64,000 nt of DNA from Entomortierella parvispora E1425 (GCA_020891255.1 BQFW01000007.1:2480001-2544000); one strand, 5' to 3'; shown: positions 1 to 13,700, numbered from the stretch's first letter. The notes: generated from the letters alone by a model not told the origin. A program made the numbers and translations.

Positions 1-2
1 TC

Positions 3-338
3 ACAAACTCGATCCACGACTCTCTGCACAAGGGACACGTACAGGATGCGCCTAAGGATGAGAAAAAGGTGCCAGCGGCGCCCCCCAAAGATGCCCAGCC
101 CAAGGCGCCAGTGGTTGATACAAATACACCAAAGGCACCTGTTCAGACTGTCAAGCCAGTTGAGAAGCCAGTTGAGAAGCCAGTTGAGAAGCCTGTTGAG
201 AAGCCTGTTGAGAAGCCTGTTGAGAAGCCTGCTGAGAAGCCAAAGGAAACGCCTGCCAGCTCAGCTTCGCGATTTACTCACGATGACTTCTCCCTGTTGG
301 CATTGGCCATTGTGAGTCTCAGAATCTTGATTGTATAG
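3..338 (+). CDS. 3' part of a Pro/Lys/Glu repeat-rich, probably secreted or GPI-anchored surface protein (5' end outside window)
   Basis: Frame is open from position 3 to TAG at 336-338. It has (KPVE)x6-KPAE-KPKE repeats followed by SSAS and a hydrophobic C-terminus ([16 protein letters not shown]), resembling a GPI signal. Confidence 0.6.
   Translation, partial: TNSIHDSLHKGHVQDAPKDEKKVPAAPPKDAQPKAPVVDTNTPKAPVQTVKPVEKPVEKPVEKPVEKPVEKPVEKPAEKPKETPASSASRFTHDDFSLLALAIVSLRILIV
153..248 (+). repeat. 12-bp coding tandem repeat (aagccWgttgag) x8
   Basis: Directly visible; encodes KPVE units. Confidence 0.95.
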
Positions 339-541
339 TCCCACTCCCTCCTTGTTTTCAGTAATATAGAGTACCTAACTTTACAGATCTAATTTTGCAG
401 TATACAACGCTCTCCTAGTTTATTGACCCAATGATATTTGCCCAGAGTAAAAAAAAAAGGCGATGGCAAAAAGAAAGAAAGAAAGGGAAAAAAAAAAAAA
501 AAAAAAAAAAAGGCGGCAGCGGATATTCTGTGGCTAATAAT

Positions 542-1965
542 TTAGACCGCAACTTCGACCATGTCGTCGTCTTCTTCATCAAACTCCTCATCGTCGTCGT
601 CGAGAGCTTCCTGAAGATCAGGATCTTCTCCATCTGCTACACCCACGGCCGCACGGTTATATGTCGTCTCCAGCTCTGCGCTAACCACAGCTCCAGACCG
701 AGATGCGCCTCCAGACGATGAGCCACTTGCTGAACTAGCCGCTGCTACAGCAGCCCTACCCGCCGCACCAGCAGCCCCTGCGAATTCAGGCTTGAGCTGG
801 TACTTTGAGGTGTAAGGTCCTTTCTTGATAAAGTCGCAAATCTCGCTCAAAACTTCAGCCAAGTAAGATGCAGGCTGCTTGCAATATTCGACCAGACCCT
901 TTCTGGACCAGTAAGGAAATTGCTCGAAGGCTGCAAAAAGCAAATCCATGAGCTCGTTCTTGGGCATACGTGTCGTCTTTTGATCCATTTGTACTTTGAC
1001 CTTCTTTTGCTGTTGTCCGGTCGACAATGTATAACAGGTTAGATTCTCGATCACTTCGATAGCACATGGTTGGATGACACTTGTCGCCAAACCCACAAAC
1101 AAAAAAGTAGAGGACTTACAATAAATCCATTACGGATACCAACACCGGGCAAGAACATGCCTCCTCGTCCTCCTGCAGGATCAGCCAAATTGTCGTCTCC
1201 CAAGATCTGGACTGAACGTCCACCCTTCTTGGCAGCCTCAATGTTTCGGCTCTTCATGATCTCTCTGTACTCGGCACTACCAGACTGTGGTGTTGCTGCG
1301 CACTCGTGCTTGATAGTTGCCATGATCGACGTTGCCTTTCCTGTTGGATATCCTGGTGCATGGGGTGGCTTAGGGTGAGGTCCTGTAGGTTCAGTAAAGA
1401 CAAATGTGTTGGTAACCATGTGGTTATCGCCCATGTTGAGGGTATACATCTTGGGGAGGTCGACCGTTAGATTGTCTGTTGGAAGAATGAGCTGATACTG
1501 TGGGAAGTTGGGATCCGGTCTATCAGAAAAGTCGATCGTGGTTATGAAGGGTTAATATTGACATGGTAAAAAAGAGAGAGAGGTCGATAAATAGATGCCC
1601 AGGCTCTTCGATTACTTGTCAAAAATCCTGACTTTTCCGAGGTTCACACCATCCTTGTTGACGCTCGACCACCGATCAGCCAAAAACTTTGGAATCTAAT
1701 ATTGAACAAGGTCCACGAGAAGAGAGGTCAGAGATACGATGACATGAAGACTTGCCAGCCTAGGCAAGACAAATCACGTCGTCAGTACCTTCACCAGCCA
1801 CGCCTGGGTGTTGGCCTGGGCCAGGTCCAAGTCTCCGGCAACATTGCCGTCCTCATCGACATCGTCTTCGGACTCTAAGCCTCCTTTGATATCACCATCC
1901 TCTTCAAAGAGCGCCTCAAACTCTGCTGGGCGCTTTCTTGGGTTCTTGGACTCTGAGTCGGACAT
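542..1965 (-). CDS. TFG2: Transcription initiation factor TFIIF beta subunit (RAP30/Tfg2), 4 exons
   Basis: Spliced WLVK|IPKFLADRWS N-terminal motif, a YTLNM..FVFTE segment, and winged-helix RMPKNELMDLLFAAFEQFPYWSRKGL..QPASYLAEVL. GT-AG introns at about 1788-1696, 1615-1521 and 1120-1009. Confidence 0.92.
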
Positions 1966-2300
1966 GTGAGAGGGAGGAAAGGGAAAGGAAGAAGCCCACG
2001 TGAATGCGTGAATGAATGAAATTCGACCGAGTCAACAAGGGACAGAGTGCAGGTTGCGAGTCCGAGTTGCTTGTGCAAGTAGAGCGAAAGAGAAGGAGAA
2101 GAATGAAGAAGATGTGGAGAAGCACAGCACAGCACAGCACACAAGAGGCAAACAAAGAAGAGAACAAAGGATGCATGCATGCAATGAAGAAGAGGCCTCT
2201 CTTTTTCTACTGCGCGTGGTCCATTCGGTGGCTTGGCGCTGCGATGTCTAAAAGCGGGTCTGCACTGCTGACTTTCGACTCCCTCTCTTTCAATTCTTAC

Positions 2301-2923
2301 GTATGTGACGTGACGTGCCTAGGAGGGAGATCCACTGCACATCCATCCACAACCATTGATCGCCCTATACTGCCATCCATCCGTCGCCGACCTTGCTGCA
2401 CTGTCGATCCATCCGCCAGCACTGTCAACACTTTTATCGACACCCTTGCCGACCATCGCTTTTTTCTCGGAGTTTTTGAGGATGTTGCAAGGAATCAGGA
2501 TCATCCATCATCAAACAGGAATCAGCATGCATGATCAAATCTATGCCAAATCTTGGATGCCATCACATGCCATGCTGATCAGACCCAACATCTCGAGACA
2601 ACTGGGAGATTCTCAGTCGGCTGCATCACAGGAAGTCGAACAAAACTCTTCAACAGGAAGGGCATGATGAGATCATACTGTGGAGCAGGAGGAATCTATT
2701 GCCGATTCGAGGAGAAAATATATGTCTCAAGCAACGTCTTTCGACGTACACGATCAGAATCACACAATAGAGATCAGGATTACAGTGACATCGCCAACAT
2801 CGATCCCATCATCACGATTCTTTATGACAGTTCTCACCTCATCCATTGAATCATTGTGTCTCAGGCAAGGAAACTCATCGCTTTTTTTCTTCTGTCGGCT
2901 CTTTTTTTCGTTTGGTCTCGTAG
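2301..2923 (+). other. Probable 5'-UTR intron of RPL32
   Basis: GTATGT donor after a CT-rich leader; T-rich tract and TAG acceptor 3 nt before the ATG. Confidence 0.65.
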
Positions 2924-2926
2924 AAA

Positions 2927-3760
2927 ATGGTCACTCCTCTTAAGAAGCACACCATCGTGAAGAAGCACACCGCTACCTTCAAGCGTCACCAGTCTGACCG
3001 CTACAAGACCGTCAAGGTACAATCTAGCACCACAGAGGATGTCTGGACGTTTTATTCATGTGGAACGCCGGATCAGTCAGAAAACAAAGGCGATTCATGA
3101 ACAAATCTCGGGACAAAACAGAGCATTCATTCAGGAATGGAGATCCCGAACTGCTACGGCAACTTCATGTGTCTCTCCGATGTGCATGAAGATCTTGGGA
3201 TGGACCGTGCAGCATCGAACTGCATGAGCGCAAACCTCGACAAATGACTCCTTGAGCTTTAGAGGCTTGGAAATATGTGCGACTATGTGGACTGGATAGA
3301 ACTTGTGGCGATGAACATCCTCGGCCATCTATGTGTCGATACCTCAGAATGACTCATGCAGGATGACACTGCAGGACACCATATTCTCGGATTGCCTTTG
3401 TGTCAAAGATGTCAGGACTAACGCAGTTACTTTTGTTTTATATCAATTTAACAGGAGTCATGGAGAAAGCCCAAGGGTATTGATAACCGTGTCCGTCGTC
3501 GTTTCAAGGGCCAGATTGCCATGCCCAAGATCGGTTACGGTAACAACAAGTTGACCCGCCACTTGATGCCCTCCGGCTTCAAGAAGTTCGTTGTCGCCAA
3601 CATTGCCGAGTTGAACTTGTTGATGATGCACAACCGCACCTTCGCCGCCGAGATTGCCCACAACGTCTCGTCCCGCAACCGCATTGCCATTGTCGAGCGT
3701 GCTCAGCAGCTCAACATCCGCGTCACCAACGCCAACGCTCGTGTCCGCACTGAGGCTTAA
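2927..3760 (+). CDS. RPL32: 60S ribosomal protein L32 (eL32)
   Basis: Exon 1 [30 protein letters not shown], intron 3017-3454, exon 2 [29 protein letters not shown]...[12 protein letters not shown]. Confidence 0.98.
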
Positions 3761-3921
3761 ATGATGTGACCTTTTTATTCTTCTCCATTGTCGTTTTGGA
3801 CCTTGAGTATTTTTTTTTGTATTTTTTTACAGATTAACCTTCTTGTGAAAAAAGAAAGAAAGAAATAAAAACGACAAAGAAAGGATGGTGCTTCTTTTTT
3901 ACATTGGTGTGCTTATGATTT

Positions 3922-6900
3922 TTATTCTATGGTTTGACTGGACTCTACGATACGAAGTCGATCAAATGTATCCAGGAGCCTATAGAAACTGACATCCAAA
4001 GGTGTTTGCTGATATGGATCAATGGGCTCCAGAGACGCGTTCCTTCCACGCTTCTTCTTGCCGAATCCTTTAGATCCCGCTGTCTCCTCCGCCTCGGCCG
4101 CTTTTTGAAGGTCGGCCTCCTTTTGAAGCTGTTGTGCTTTTTCCTGACCAGCAGTGATCCCTTGAATCAATTGTTGTTCCGATAGTGGAGCTAATGCGGG
4201 ATCGTTCTCTGCAATCTTCTTGACCTGATCCTTCTTCATTTGCACCAAGGATTTCCCCTTACTGCTAAAGATCCGGGGGTTCAGTCCTACCGGTGACGCA
4301 GACGCCGGTCTCTGCGTCGATTCCTCGTCCAACCCCATCAGAGTCATGTAAATACTATGGCGATGCGCGAGCGACTTCTTCAGTCGGAGGGCTACCTTGA
4401 CCTTATCAAACAATCGAAACTGGACCTTGGATCGCAAAGATCCCAATCGATGCTCCGGCAACGCAGACGCCGCACTCTGAAGTGGAATCTTGACCGTGAT
4501 CTCTGTCATTTGATCCGTCTCCATTTCACAGCCTGAAACGGTTGTCCATGGACTGGGCTTGAGGCTTGTCTTGGCACCGGTAGCTACTCCGGGAATCTCC
4601 AAAACCGAGAGTGGGATCGTAATCTCGCCTGACTTCTCCTTGAGGTATACAGGTCCCTTAATACCAAAGCGAGGCACAAACACAAAGAATCCATTCTCGC
4701 GAATCTCAGAGACAATACCCGTCTCCACAAACGGAATCTCGCTCTCATCATCGTCGGCTCCCTCCTTCCCTGCATCTTTGCTGCCATCCTTAGGCCCACT
4801 GGAGGAGTTACGGGTCTTTTGAAGAATATAAAGGGTTTGGAAGAGCTCTGTCGAGTCCTTTTGAGCGAGTTTCGATTCCCGATTCTTGTAGTTGAGATGG
4901 CTGGCGACTTGTTCCATTTTGAGACCATTTTTCAAAAGGTCGGATGAAGATGCTGTAGTGGTGGATGACAGGTGAACACTGCCATCGACAACAGTAGCGG
5001 CATTCAGAGAGGGTTGTGGACTGGTGCCAGAAATACAACTCATCAACTGTCTATGGACGACCAGATCGGCGTATCTGCGAATCGGGGACTGGTAGATAAC
5101 AAAATATGAGTAAGAGAACACCAACGTGTCATGGCCAAGGGGCCAATATCATTCATCTTCAAGGATAAGAAACTCTACATACCGTAAAATGAGTGTAAAA
5201 GTCCAGAGCAAGACCATAATGAGTGTACTCATTCACGGGTTTGGAACCAGAAGAGATATAGCTGGCCTCTGACATGGCCATGGTCGCCATAGTTTTCAAC
5301 AGTCGGACAAACTCAATATCATCCTGACTCTTGGCAGCACAGTCTCTCAGTGAGGCCGCGAGCGCCAAGTTTGAACTGGTTTCGATGGAAAAGCCCTGAA
5401 ATAGCAAGTAGGACGTCAATTAGCGAATGTTGTTTCCTCAAGAGACTTAATTCAACCCCATTGTATAGATCTTGACTCCACCTACCCGACTCTCTGCTGC
5501 CTTGCGGAGCATCTTGAAATGACTATCGATGGGCAGGGGATGATGACGGAGCATGGCTGATTCCCGGAAACCATCATAAATCTTCTTGGCAACGTATCCG
5601 TTTGCCATGACCATGGCTTCCTCAATGATCTGATGAACTTCCAGAGGTTGCTTGGGCAAAATATCTGAAATTCCACCATCCTCTTCCTTGAACTTGAACT
5701 TGACTTCTGAACTTTCTAGCTCCAGTCCACCATTCATCATTCTCTTTGCCTAAAATCGAATGAGGATTTGTCAGTTGTGGATGGGGGACTAAAACCTAAG
5801 ACCTCTCTTTCAAACCAACTTTACCCTGATCTTGCGCATCGTCTTGGCCAACAAAACCACTGATGGCTTCAGCTTTTTGCAAAGGGCAGCATCAAGGCCA
5901 GGAACAACGTCTTTGCCGTTCAAGAGTCCTTGAGCTTGTTCATACTCCATCTCACAAGCCGAGCGAATGACAGATCTGCCGAACCACGTGGTAAGCACAT
6001 TGGCTTCTGCGTCCATAGTCCACATCACAGACACTAGAATCAAAGGAAAGCAAATAAAAATATCATGGTTAGAAAACACTCCAACGAGATGCCTCAAGCG
6101 TGTCAACATAAGTTAAACTTACTGGCATATCGATCAACATGATGTCGAAGAGAACAAAGCTGTTCACTGAGCACTTTAGGCAACATGTCAAAGCGTCTGT
6201 CGGACAAGTAAACTGTGGTTCCACGAGCTCGCGCCTCCAAGTCCGTTAGCGAGTTCTCATGGACAAAGTGACTAACATCTGCAATATGCACTCCAAACTC
6301 GACCTGGCCGTTTCCAATATCCCGAATCGAGATGGCGTCGTCAATATCCTGACAATTAGGTGGATCAATACTGAAGATGGTCAGGTTTCTCAAATCGCGA
6401 CGAGCCTTCAATTCTGCGGGATCTGGTCGCCAAGGATGTTCGGGAGTATTAATCGGCATTTCTTTCAATGATCCTTCGCTGAAACCCTGTGTCGTCTGCG
6501 AAACCGAGATTCCATGCTCGATCAGAATAGCAGAAATCTCTGTGTCCAGTTCATGTGCTGGGCCGATGCTGCGGACGTAATGGCCATTGGGGTATTGGGA
6601 GTGGATTGGCCAGCTGTCAATTCGGACAACAATTCTCTGATTGGCCAGGACCTTGGCATCATGATGTCGAATTCTGATCTTGGGAATCACTGGGTTCAAC
6701 GGTAACACCAAATGGAACGATCCAGAGTCCTTTTCTGATCCTTCCTGCAATGTGGCGACATAGGGTTGCCAGTTCCTCGAAATCACTCCGACAACGCGTC
6801 CTGTTGGCTTAATCTCCTTGAATCTATGTGTATTTGAAGATTCGTCCTCCTCGTCTCCAGCGGCGTGAATCTCCTCCGGATCATATGAAATGTGGGTAGA

Positions 6901-8321
6901 AGGTGCAACCCAAGAAGACTTGTTTAAAAGCTCCACGACGACCATATCTCCATGCACTGCACGATTCCTGTGCTCTGATCCAACGATTACAATCTCGCCA
7001 ATATTGCCATCACCACGGATAAACGCCTGGTCTCTGTGGTTGGCACGAACTTTCATGACTCCCTGGAAGAAACGCTCTGACTTCACTCCAGCCTCTAACT
7101 CAGACAAGGGCTTGTACTAATGACGGTGTGTTAGGGAGTCGATCCAGTCCAATGCGAATATCTACTCTTTGGATATTTATCTTGGGATAATTACCTCTTG
7201 GAATCCAGTAGAGCCTGATCCTTTTTTTGTAGCAATACCACCCTTGTTCTGCATCTCGAGATCTTCTTCGAGGATAGCCTCTTTGAGTGATCCAAGCAAC
7301 TCGTGAAGAACTGCATTGTCTTTCCAGAACTCGTTCAGGTATTCTTTAAGCGACATAACCCTGACTCCTGCCTTAAGCTGCTCTTCCCGAAGGTTTTTCT
7401 GACCAAACTAAAAAAATTGATTGATATAGTAACTGTGAGAATGAAAAATCATCAAATCATCGGCGAAGAAATCCTTGGAATACTAACTCAAGTCGTACCT
7501 GTTCCGACAACATGATAATAGGAACTCTGCCTTGGAGATGCTGGTGGTACCAGTCTGCAGTTTTGAGCAACGCCCTCCAGTCTCGCTGCTCGATGGATTC
7601 TTCAGGCTCTCTGAGGACTGTTGCGCCTTCGCAGTGCTCATTGCTAAAGACCACACTTCGTCTTCGTGGATCCTTGGCGACCTGTCTTAAGCTTTTATAT
7701 GTCCTTGATTTGTCCTCGGATTGAAGCTATAGGTTAAGATTTGTATCCGAGCGAGTGTAAGCTGTCCGTTTTTCCACATGTCGGGTCCAGATCATTGGTG
7801 ACTTTTGATCCCATGGCTTACTCGTTGAAGAATGGTTTCCGTAAATATGATGTTGGTGAGCTCCTCCTGTTCCAAGAGCTCTACATAGCGAAGCGCCACC
7901 TATTCGATTTACATATTAAAAGGAGACATTCATTAGACAATGTACATGCCTTCCAGGAGATCAGTCAAGGGCGAGAACAGGAGGTCTAGCATTACAGAGT
8001 AGTCAGGGATCAGGTAGTACGGTGTCTCCTCGCTGAGCAGACTCGACTCGACTTTGACTCGTGCATGACAAGGCGGGCTCCAAGGGCATAGCGTTGACAG
8101 GCATGGGATATCCTTCCGAAGGTAGACTGAGGTTGTCACATATTTTGACAGAAAGGGGGAGAAAAAAAAGAGTCAGGAGGTGTCGGCGCAACCAAAGAAG
8201 AGCTAGGAGATAACACGCTCGCCTGTCAAACCAATAGGACAGTTCATGTACCCTCATGGACACGCTTGACGACCGTGTTCTTGTTCGTCTTGCGGAAGTG
8301 CACAGTCTCGGTGCGGAGCAT
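3922..8321 (-). CDS. DIS3L: DIS3-family 3'-5' exoribonuclease (degenerate PIN, CSD, RNB, S1); DIS3L1-like
   Basis: N-terminal MLRTETVHFRKT...VYLRKDIPCLSTLCP. RNB motifs SIDPPNCQDIDDA, HIADVS, RGTTVYL..RRFDMLP, EEAMVMAN and HYGLALDFYTHFT|SPIRRYAD. Multi-exon. Confidence 0.85.
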
Positions 8322-8624
8322 GGAGGTGGATGGATGGGGATGGTGGATGTGGATGATGAATGTCAGAAAGAGAAGGCAAACAGGGCACAGTCAGCTCAAC
8401 GTGTGTTCGGGGCTGTGTTGCGCATGCGAGCCATCTGTCTGCATCTGACATGACATGAGGCAGTCACTCATTCTCTCTTTCTTGCTTTTATTTCTCTTCC
8501 CCTTTTTGCTGCTTGACTCCCACGACTCTTTTTACTTTCCGTTCTCTTCCTAGGATCACTCACTACCCACCCGAGCTCGCAGGACTTGCACCGCTACTCT
8601 CATTCAACAAAAAATCTAATCGGC

Positions 8625-9283
8625 ATGGATCACGACGGTGGACACGGCGGACACGGCGGCGGAGGTGGCGGTGGAGGAGACGGAGATCATGGTGGCCATG
8701 ACGGCGGCGATATGACCTGCAGCATGAACATGCTCTTCAACTGGTCGACTGAAAACCTTTGTGTGGTCTTTGAGTCCTGGAGAATCAACACGCCCTTTGC
8801 CCTGGTTCTCTCTTGCCTTGTCATCATTGCACTCTCAGCCTCCTATGAGCTTCTTCGAGCGCAGTCTCGCCAGTTTGAGGAGCGCTTGATCGAAGGTGAC
8901 CGAAAGAGACATGAAGAGTCCAGAGGAGCTGTTAGTGGAGACGCAGCTGAGGACGAAACCCCACTTTTGTCTCCAAGACCCCACGTCTTGAGGTCAGTCC
9001 TTTGTTTTGCTGTTGTCGTTTTTTCTGTTCTTGTTACCCCTTTGAAGGAGGATTTTCTTCTTATACGACTTCATGCTATAGACTTTCGAACCAGCAGCAG
9101 CTCACCCGTGCGCTGTTCTACATGGCCCAGGTTTTTGTCGGCTTCTTTCTCATGCTGATATTCATGACCTACAACGGATACCTGATGATCAGTACCGTAC
9201 TGGGTGCTGGCATCGGATTCTTCTATTTTGGTGGCAATTCACTTTCCACCTCGACCTCGACCAAGGCTCTGAGTTGCCATTGA
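8625..9283 (+). CDS. Ctr-family copper transporter (CTR2-like)
   Basis: His/Gly-rich N-terminus, CSMNMLFNW motif, and MLIFMTYN (MxxxM) followed by GxxxG-like GAGIG. Intron 8993-9081. Confidence 0.92.
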
Positions 9284-10748
9284 TCATTTTCCTTCCATTA
9301 TTTCCATCGAATCCTCTTGTCGGTTTTTTATTTCCCTCAAGTTTGAAAATTTCGTGCCCAAATCGCGTGTGCTGGATGCTTTTTGACCCATTGGAGATCC
9401 TGGCGTGGGACAAAAAAAAAGGGGTTGGCATCAGTCCAAGCCTCCAAATAAACAACGCGTTGTCTAGTCAGTATCTCGTTGCTTTTTTACGTAACGTGTG
9501 GCGCAACGTCCAAAAAGAAATGGGACGTCATGTCATCATGTAGATTAAAGAGCTTTAAGCAGTGTCTTTCGTCCTTCCGAACCAAGAATGAATGCCTCCG
9601 GAAGCTACTTGAAAACTAGATGATAATAAGACAGGGGCCTTTGGGATGCTTTTTTTTTTGTGTTTTATGTATTCGCGTGCATTCAGGGTATGTATGCAAA
9701 GACACCGGATGCCTCAAATTTGGGAAGAGCGACTGCAATTGGACAAGGCGTCTCCTGTCTCCTCCGACCTCTCCCCTTGCCCTCTCGGATGCTGCACCCT
9801 TTTTTTTCAAGCTTCCTCAAAGTTGATTTTGAGAGCAACTTTTGCGAAAAGAAAAAAATAAGGTCATAGTCGCCCTCTTTGCCAAGAAGCCCCCGCAGTT
9901 GTGGCGGAGGTACATGTACAATGGAGTTATGACTGGTGAGATTCGAGCGCACGATGTCATTTTGGTCTCCATGTATTGTATCTTGAGACACCAAGATCCT
10001 TGCAGAGACATGAAGCGACTTCCCAGTCAAACAGAGGAAGTGAAGGAGTGTTTGCTGGGGAATGTTGTTTGTTTGGATCGTAACAAATCTTTGTACCTCA
10101 TGTCGAATTACAACATCATGATCTTTTCTCCGAGGAAGCAGAAGAGAGCTTCTGGGCATTCTGTTGAACAAACGGCCGATGATATCTTTCAAACGGACGT
10201 GGTTGGTTCTTTTCTCTCCCCCTTCAGTTTCTTTTTCTGACTCCATGCCATTATCGCGAAGGTCCAGGGAACGCTATCGATGCACCCATTGGACAAAGAA
10301 GACGAGAGCGGGGACAATGGGCTGGGACTGAAATAAAGCTTCGGCTTGCTCTCACCCATCTCTTGGCAGTCGACACCTAAAACTCAATTGCTGTCCGAAT
10401 GCGGAAGCTTTTCTGTGAGGATGCCCGGTTGTTGGACACCACAGGGGACGATCGCTTCTGACCTTTATGCTTCCCGGAATACACCATTACTGCGGTTTCC
10501 TTCTTGCGTGCCAAGCGGCTCCTGCTTTATTGCCTCTGCGGACTTTGGTCTTCAGACCTTCTTTTTCATCTTATATAAAGTCCCAGTGTCACAGACATGA
10601 CCTCTCCACAACTCGCTTAGAAAACAACACAAAAAGAAACGGAAGCGCAGAAAGCGTAGTGAAGCGCTATCTACAACCCGCTCTGCACAAACAACGCTGT
10701 CCGTCGTTGAGCTTTTCCCTCTTTTCAAGACCACCCCCTACCTTCACC

Positions 10749-13700
10749 ATGGCCTCCTCCTTCTGTGATTCAGAGGGATGGGCAATCTTGAGTCATGTTC
10801 GCGCCATGGATTTCACCATGTGCTTTCAGGACAGGTAGAACGAGATTCTCATTTCGCTGCTCTACCTCCATTGTCTATGTGCTCGTGTCCCCATGCCCCC
10901 CTCTCTTACACCTTACTTCAAACTTGCATTATAGTGTTCTCACTGTGATCCCAAACGCTCTTCTGTTGATCTTCCTCTCGCCGAGGATACACAAGGTCCT
11001 TGGTAAAGGCCGCCTTGAGGGTGTCAAGGCTGGACCACTCTTTTACTTCAAGATGCTGATCCTCGCCGCTGCTCTTGGAGTCCAGGCTGCGATCTTGGCC
11101 CAGACTCTCTCCATGGACAATTACCACTCCTCTCTCATTTTGAGCACTGTCATGTATCTATTGGCCTTGGTAAGATATAGCTTCTGTCTGCTCTGTACCT
11201 GAGTCCATGAAAATCGTCCTAATTTTTTTTCTTTCTTGTTTTTTTTTCTTTCTTCTCATTCTTCAGATTGGCGCAACATTGTTGCACTACTTTGAGTTCT
11301 TCAATATGGTCAACCCTTCTGCAGGATTGATGATCTATTGGCTCTTTACCACCTTCATCTCGATCTTCCCTACCCGCGCTTGGATCCAGGAATCACCCAC
11401 AGGCCTCCAAGCTGGCGGTGAACCCCACTCGATCCCCGTGTTGAAGCTGGTCTTCACTATCCTGTCCTTTGTCATGTTCGTGCTTGAGAACATCCCCCGG
11501 GCTCACCGCCGAGAGATCAAGCGTAAGGAATCCCCTATCGAGTCCGAGAACATTATTCAATCCAACCCTTCGCCCGAGCCCTACTCCAATTTCTTTGCCC
11601 GGATCACCTTCTTTTGGCTCTTGCCCTTGTTGAACCTCGGCAAGAAGAAGAGCTTGAAAATGGAAGACATCTACAGTGTTCACCCAAAGCTTCTCAGTTA
11701 CCCCTTGTACTTGACCACCAAGGCCAAGATGGATGCCGATGAGGCTATCACTCTCGCAAAGATCAAAGACGAAGCCCTTGTGGACAACAAGGACGGAAAG
11801 AACAAGAAGACCATGAAGGGAAAGATCAATTTGATCTCGACCATCCTTCACACAGTCGGCTACGGGTTCATGTCCGCGGTCATCCCCCGTCTCTTGTACA
11901 TTGCCGCCAACTATGTGCGCCCCGTCCTCTTTTCCGACCTCATTGCCTTTGTCAACAGCTATTCGTCCTCGGCTGTCGGCCCACCCCAAGACCCCTGGAT
12001 CGGTTTTGGTCTCTTGATGGCCGTCTTTGCCTCCAGCGTCTTGACCTCGCTCTTCCTGGGCCAATTCACCAACATTTGTTACAACTCCTCCCTCAAAGCT
12101 CGCGGCGTCTTTGTATCTCTGATCTACCGCAAGGCCTTGCGCCTCAGTTCCACCAACAAGCAAGAAGGCATGGGCTCCATTGTCAACCACATGAGCACAG
12201 ATGTCGATCAGGTCGTGGCCTTCTTCAACCTCCTCCACACCTCCTGGAGTTCTGTAATCGAAATCATGGTGGCTCTGGCCTTGCTCTGGGGTCAGGTCCG
12301 GTATGCCCTCTTTGCCAGTGTCGGTGTAGTGGTCGCCATCATCGTCCTCAGCGGCGCCTTCTCCTCCAAGATCAGTGGCCACATGGGCGCCATGATGAAG
12401 TCCTCCGACACCCGCATGAAGTTGATCTCGGAACTGGTCTCGTCCATGAAGTCTGTCAAGCTCTATGCTTGGGAACCCTACTTTATCAAAAAGATCCTGG
12501 ACATTCGCGTCTTGCAATTGGATCATTTGCGAAAGTTTTACATCTTGATCGGTTTCGTCGGTACCTTCTTGAACTCGGTCGCGCCTTTTGCCATCTTTGC
12601 CACCCTCTCTGTCTACACGGCCATTGCAGACGCAGGCAAGGGAGATGGACCCTTGAATATCCAGAGGATCTTTACTGCCATTGCTGTGATCAACATGTTG
12701 GAGACACCCGTTATGGCCATGAATGGAGCCTTGTCCAGTGTCGCCAGTGGTATTGTCTCTTATAAACGTCTTCAAGTGTTTTTGAACTCTGAGGAGGTCG
12801 ATGATGAGAACGTCATCCGTAGCTCGGATCTCTCGGCCTCAGAATTCGCCTATGAGATCAGGGACGGCACTTTTGGTTGGTACACTCCCGAGGCAATCCA
12901 GGCCACTCTTGACAAGAAAGAAAAGGAGGCCCTGGAAAAGTCAAAGGCGGAAGCCAAAGCTGCCAAGAAGAGCAAGACAACCAAGGATGGTGACGAAATT
13001 CCCCTCTCGGACATCAAGGGTGAAAAATCAGATATCGAGACCCCCACCTCGTCCAGCTCCACCTCAATCGATCTGGAAGTGGATGCCAAGCCAGAAGCCA
13101 TAGATGCATCGTCTGACAAGAGTCGTGATAGTATGGGCCCAGTCCTGCACGATATCCAGCTCAAGATCCGTCATGGCTCTTTGACAGCTGTGGTTGGACG
13201 TGTTGGTGAGGGCAAGTCCTCACTGGTTGGCGCCCTTTTGGGCGAAATGCACCGCTACTCGGGCTCGGTCCATGCCTATGGCTCAGTGGCCTATGTGGCT
13301 CAGTCTGCTTGGATCTTGAACGACACTGTCCGCAACAACATCTTGTTTGGCAAGGAGTACGATGAGCGGCGCTATTTGAAGACGATCCGTGCTTGTGCTC
13401 TCATTCCTGATTTCAAGATGCTGGTCAACAGCGATATGACCGTTATCGGTGAAAAGGTATGCCTCCTCTTGCTTGCGATGGCACGTTGAAGTTTGCATAT
13501 TCACACGAACCATCTGTGCTAATCGTTACCCCTCTTTACTTTTTATTTTTCTCAGGGTATCAACCTCTCGGGAGGACAAAAGCAACGTATTTCCATTGCT
13601 CGCGCTGTCTACTCGGATGCTGATATTTACATCTTGGATGACCCCCTGTCGGCGGTCGATGCTCATGTGGATCACCACATCTTTGAAGAAGCGCTGAGCT

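Noticed and set aside
415-721. Small ORFs made of poly-K or poly-F (also near 20500 and 37620)
   Set aside because: Artefacts of poly-A/T tracts in UTRs and introns.
2521-2720. C/D snoRNA candidates in the RPL32 intron (ATGATCA..CTGA; ATGATGA at about 2664)
   Set aside because: The first pair is too short with a mismatched C box; the second has no nearby D box or visible rRNA guide.
9683-10246. Overlapping 132-aa (+) and 187-aa (-) ORFs between CTR and ABCC
   Set aside because: No motif, no typical start context or codon bias; probably intergenic or promoter DNA.
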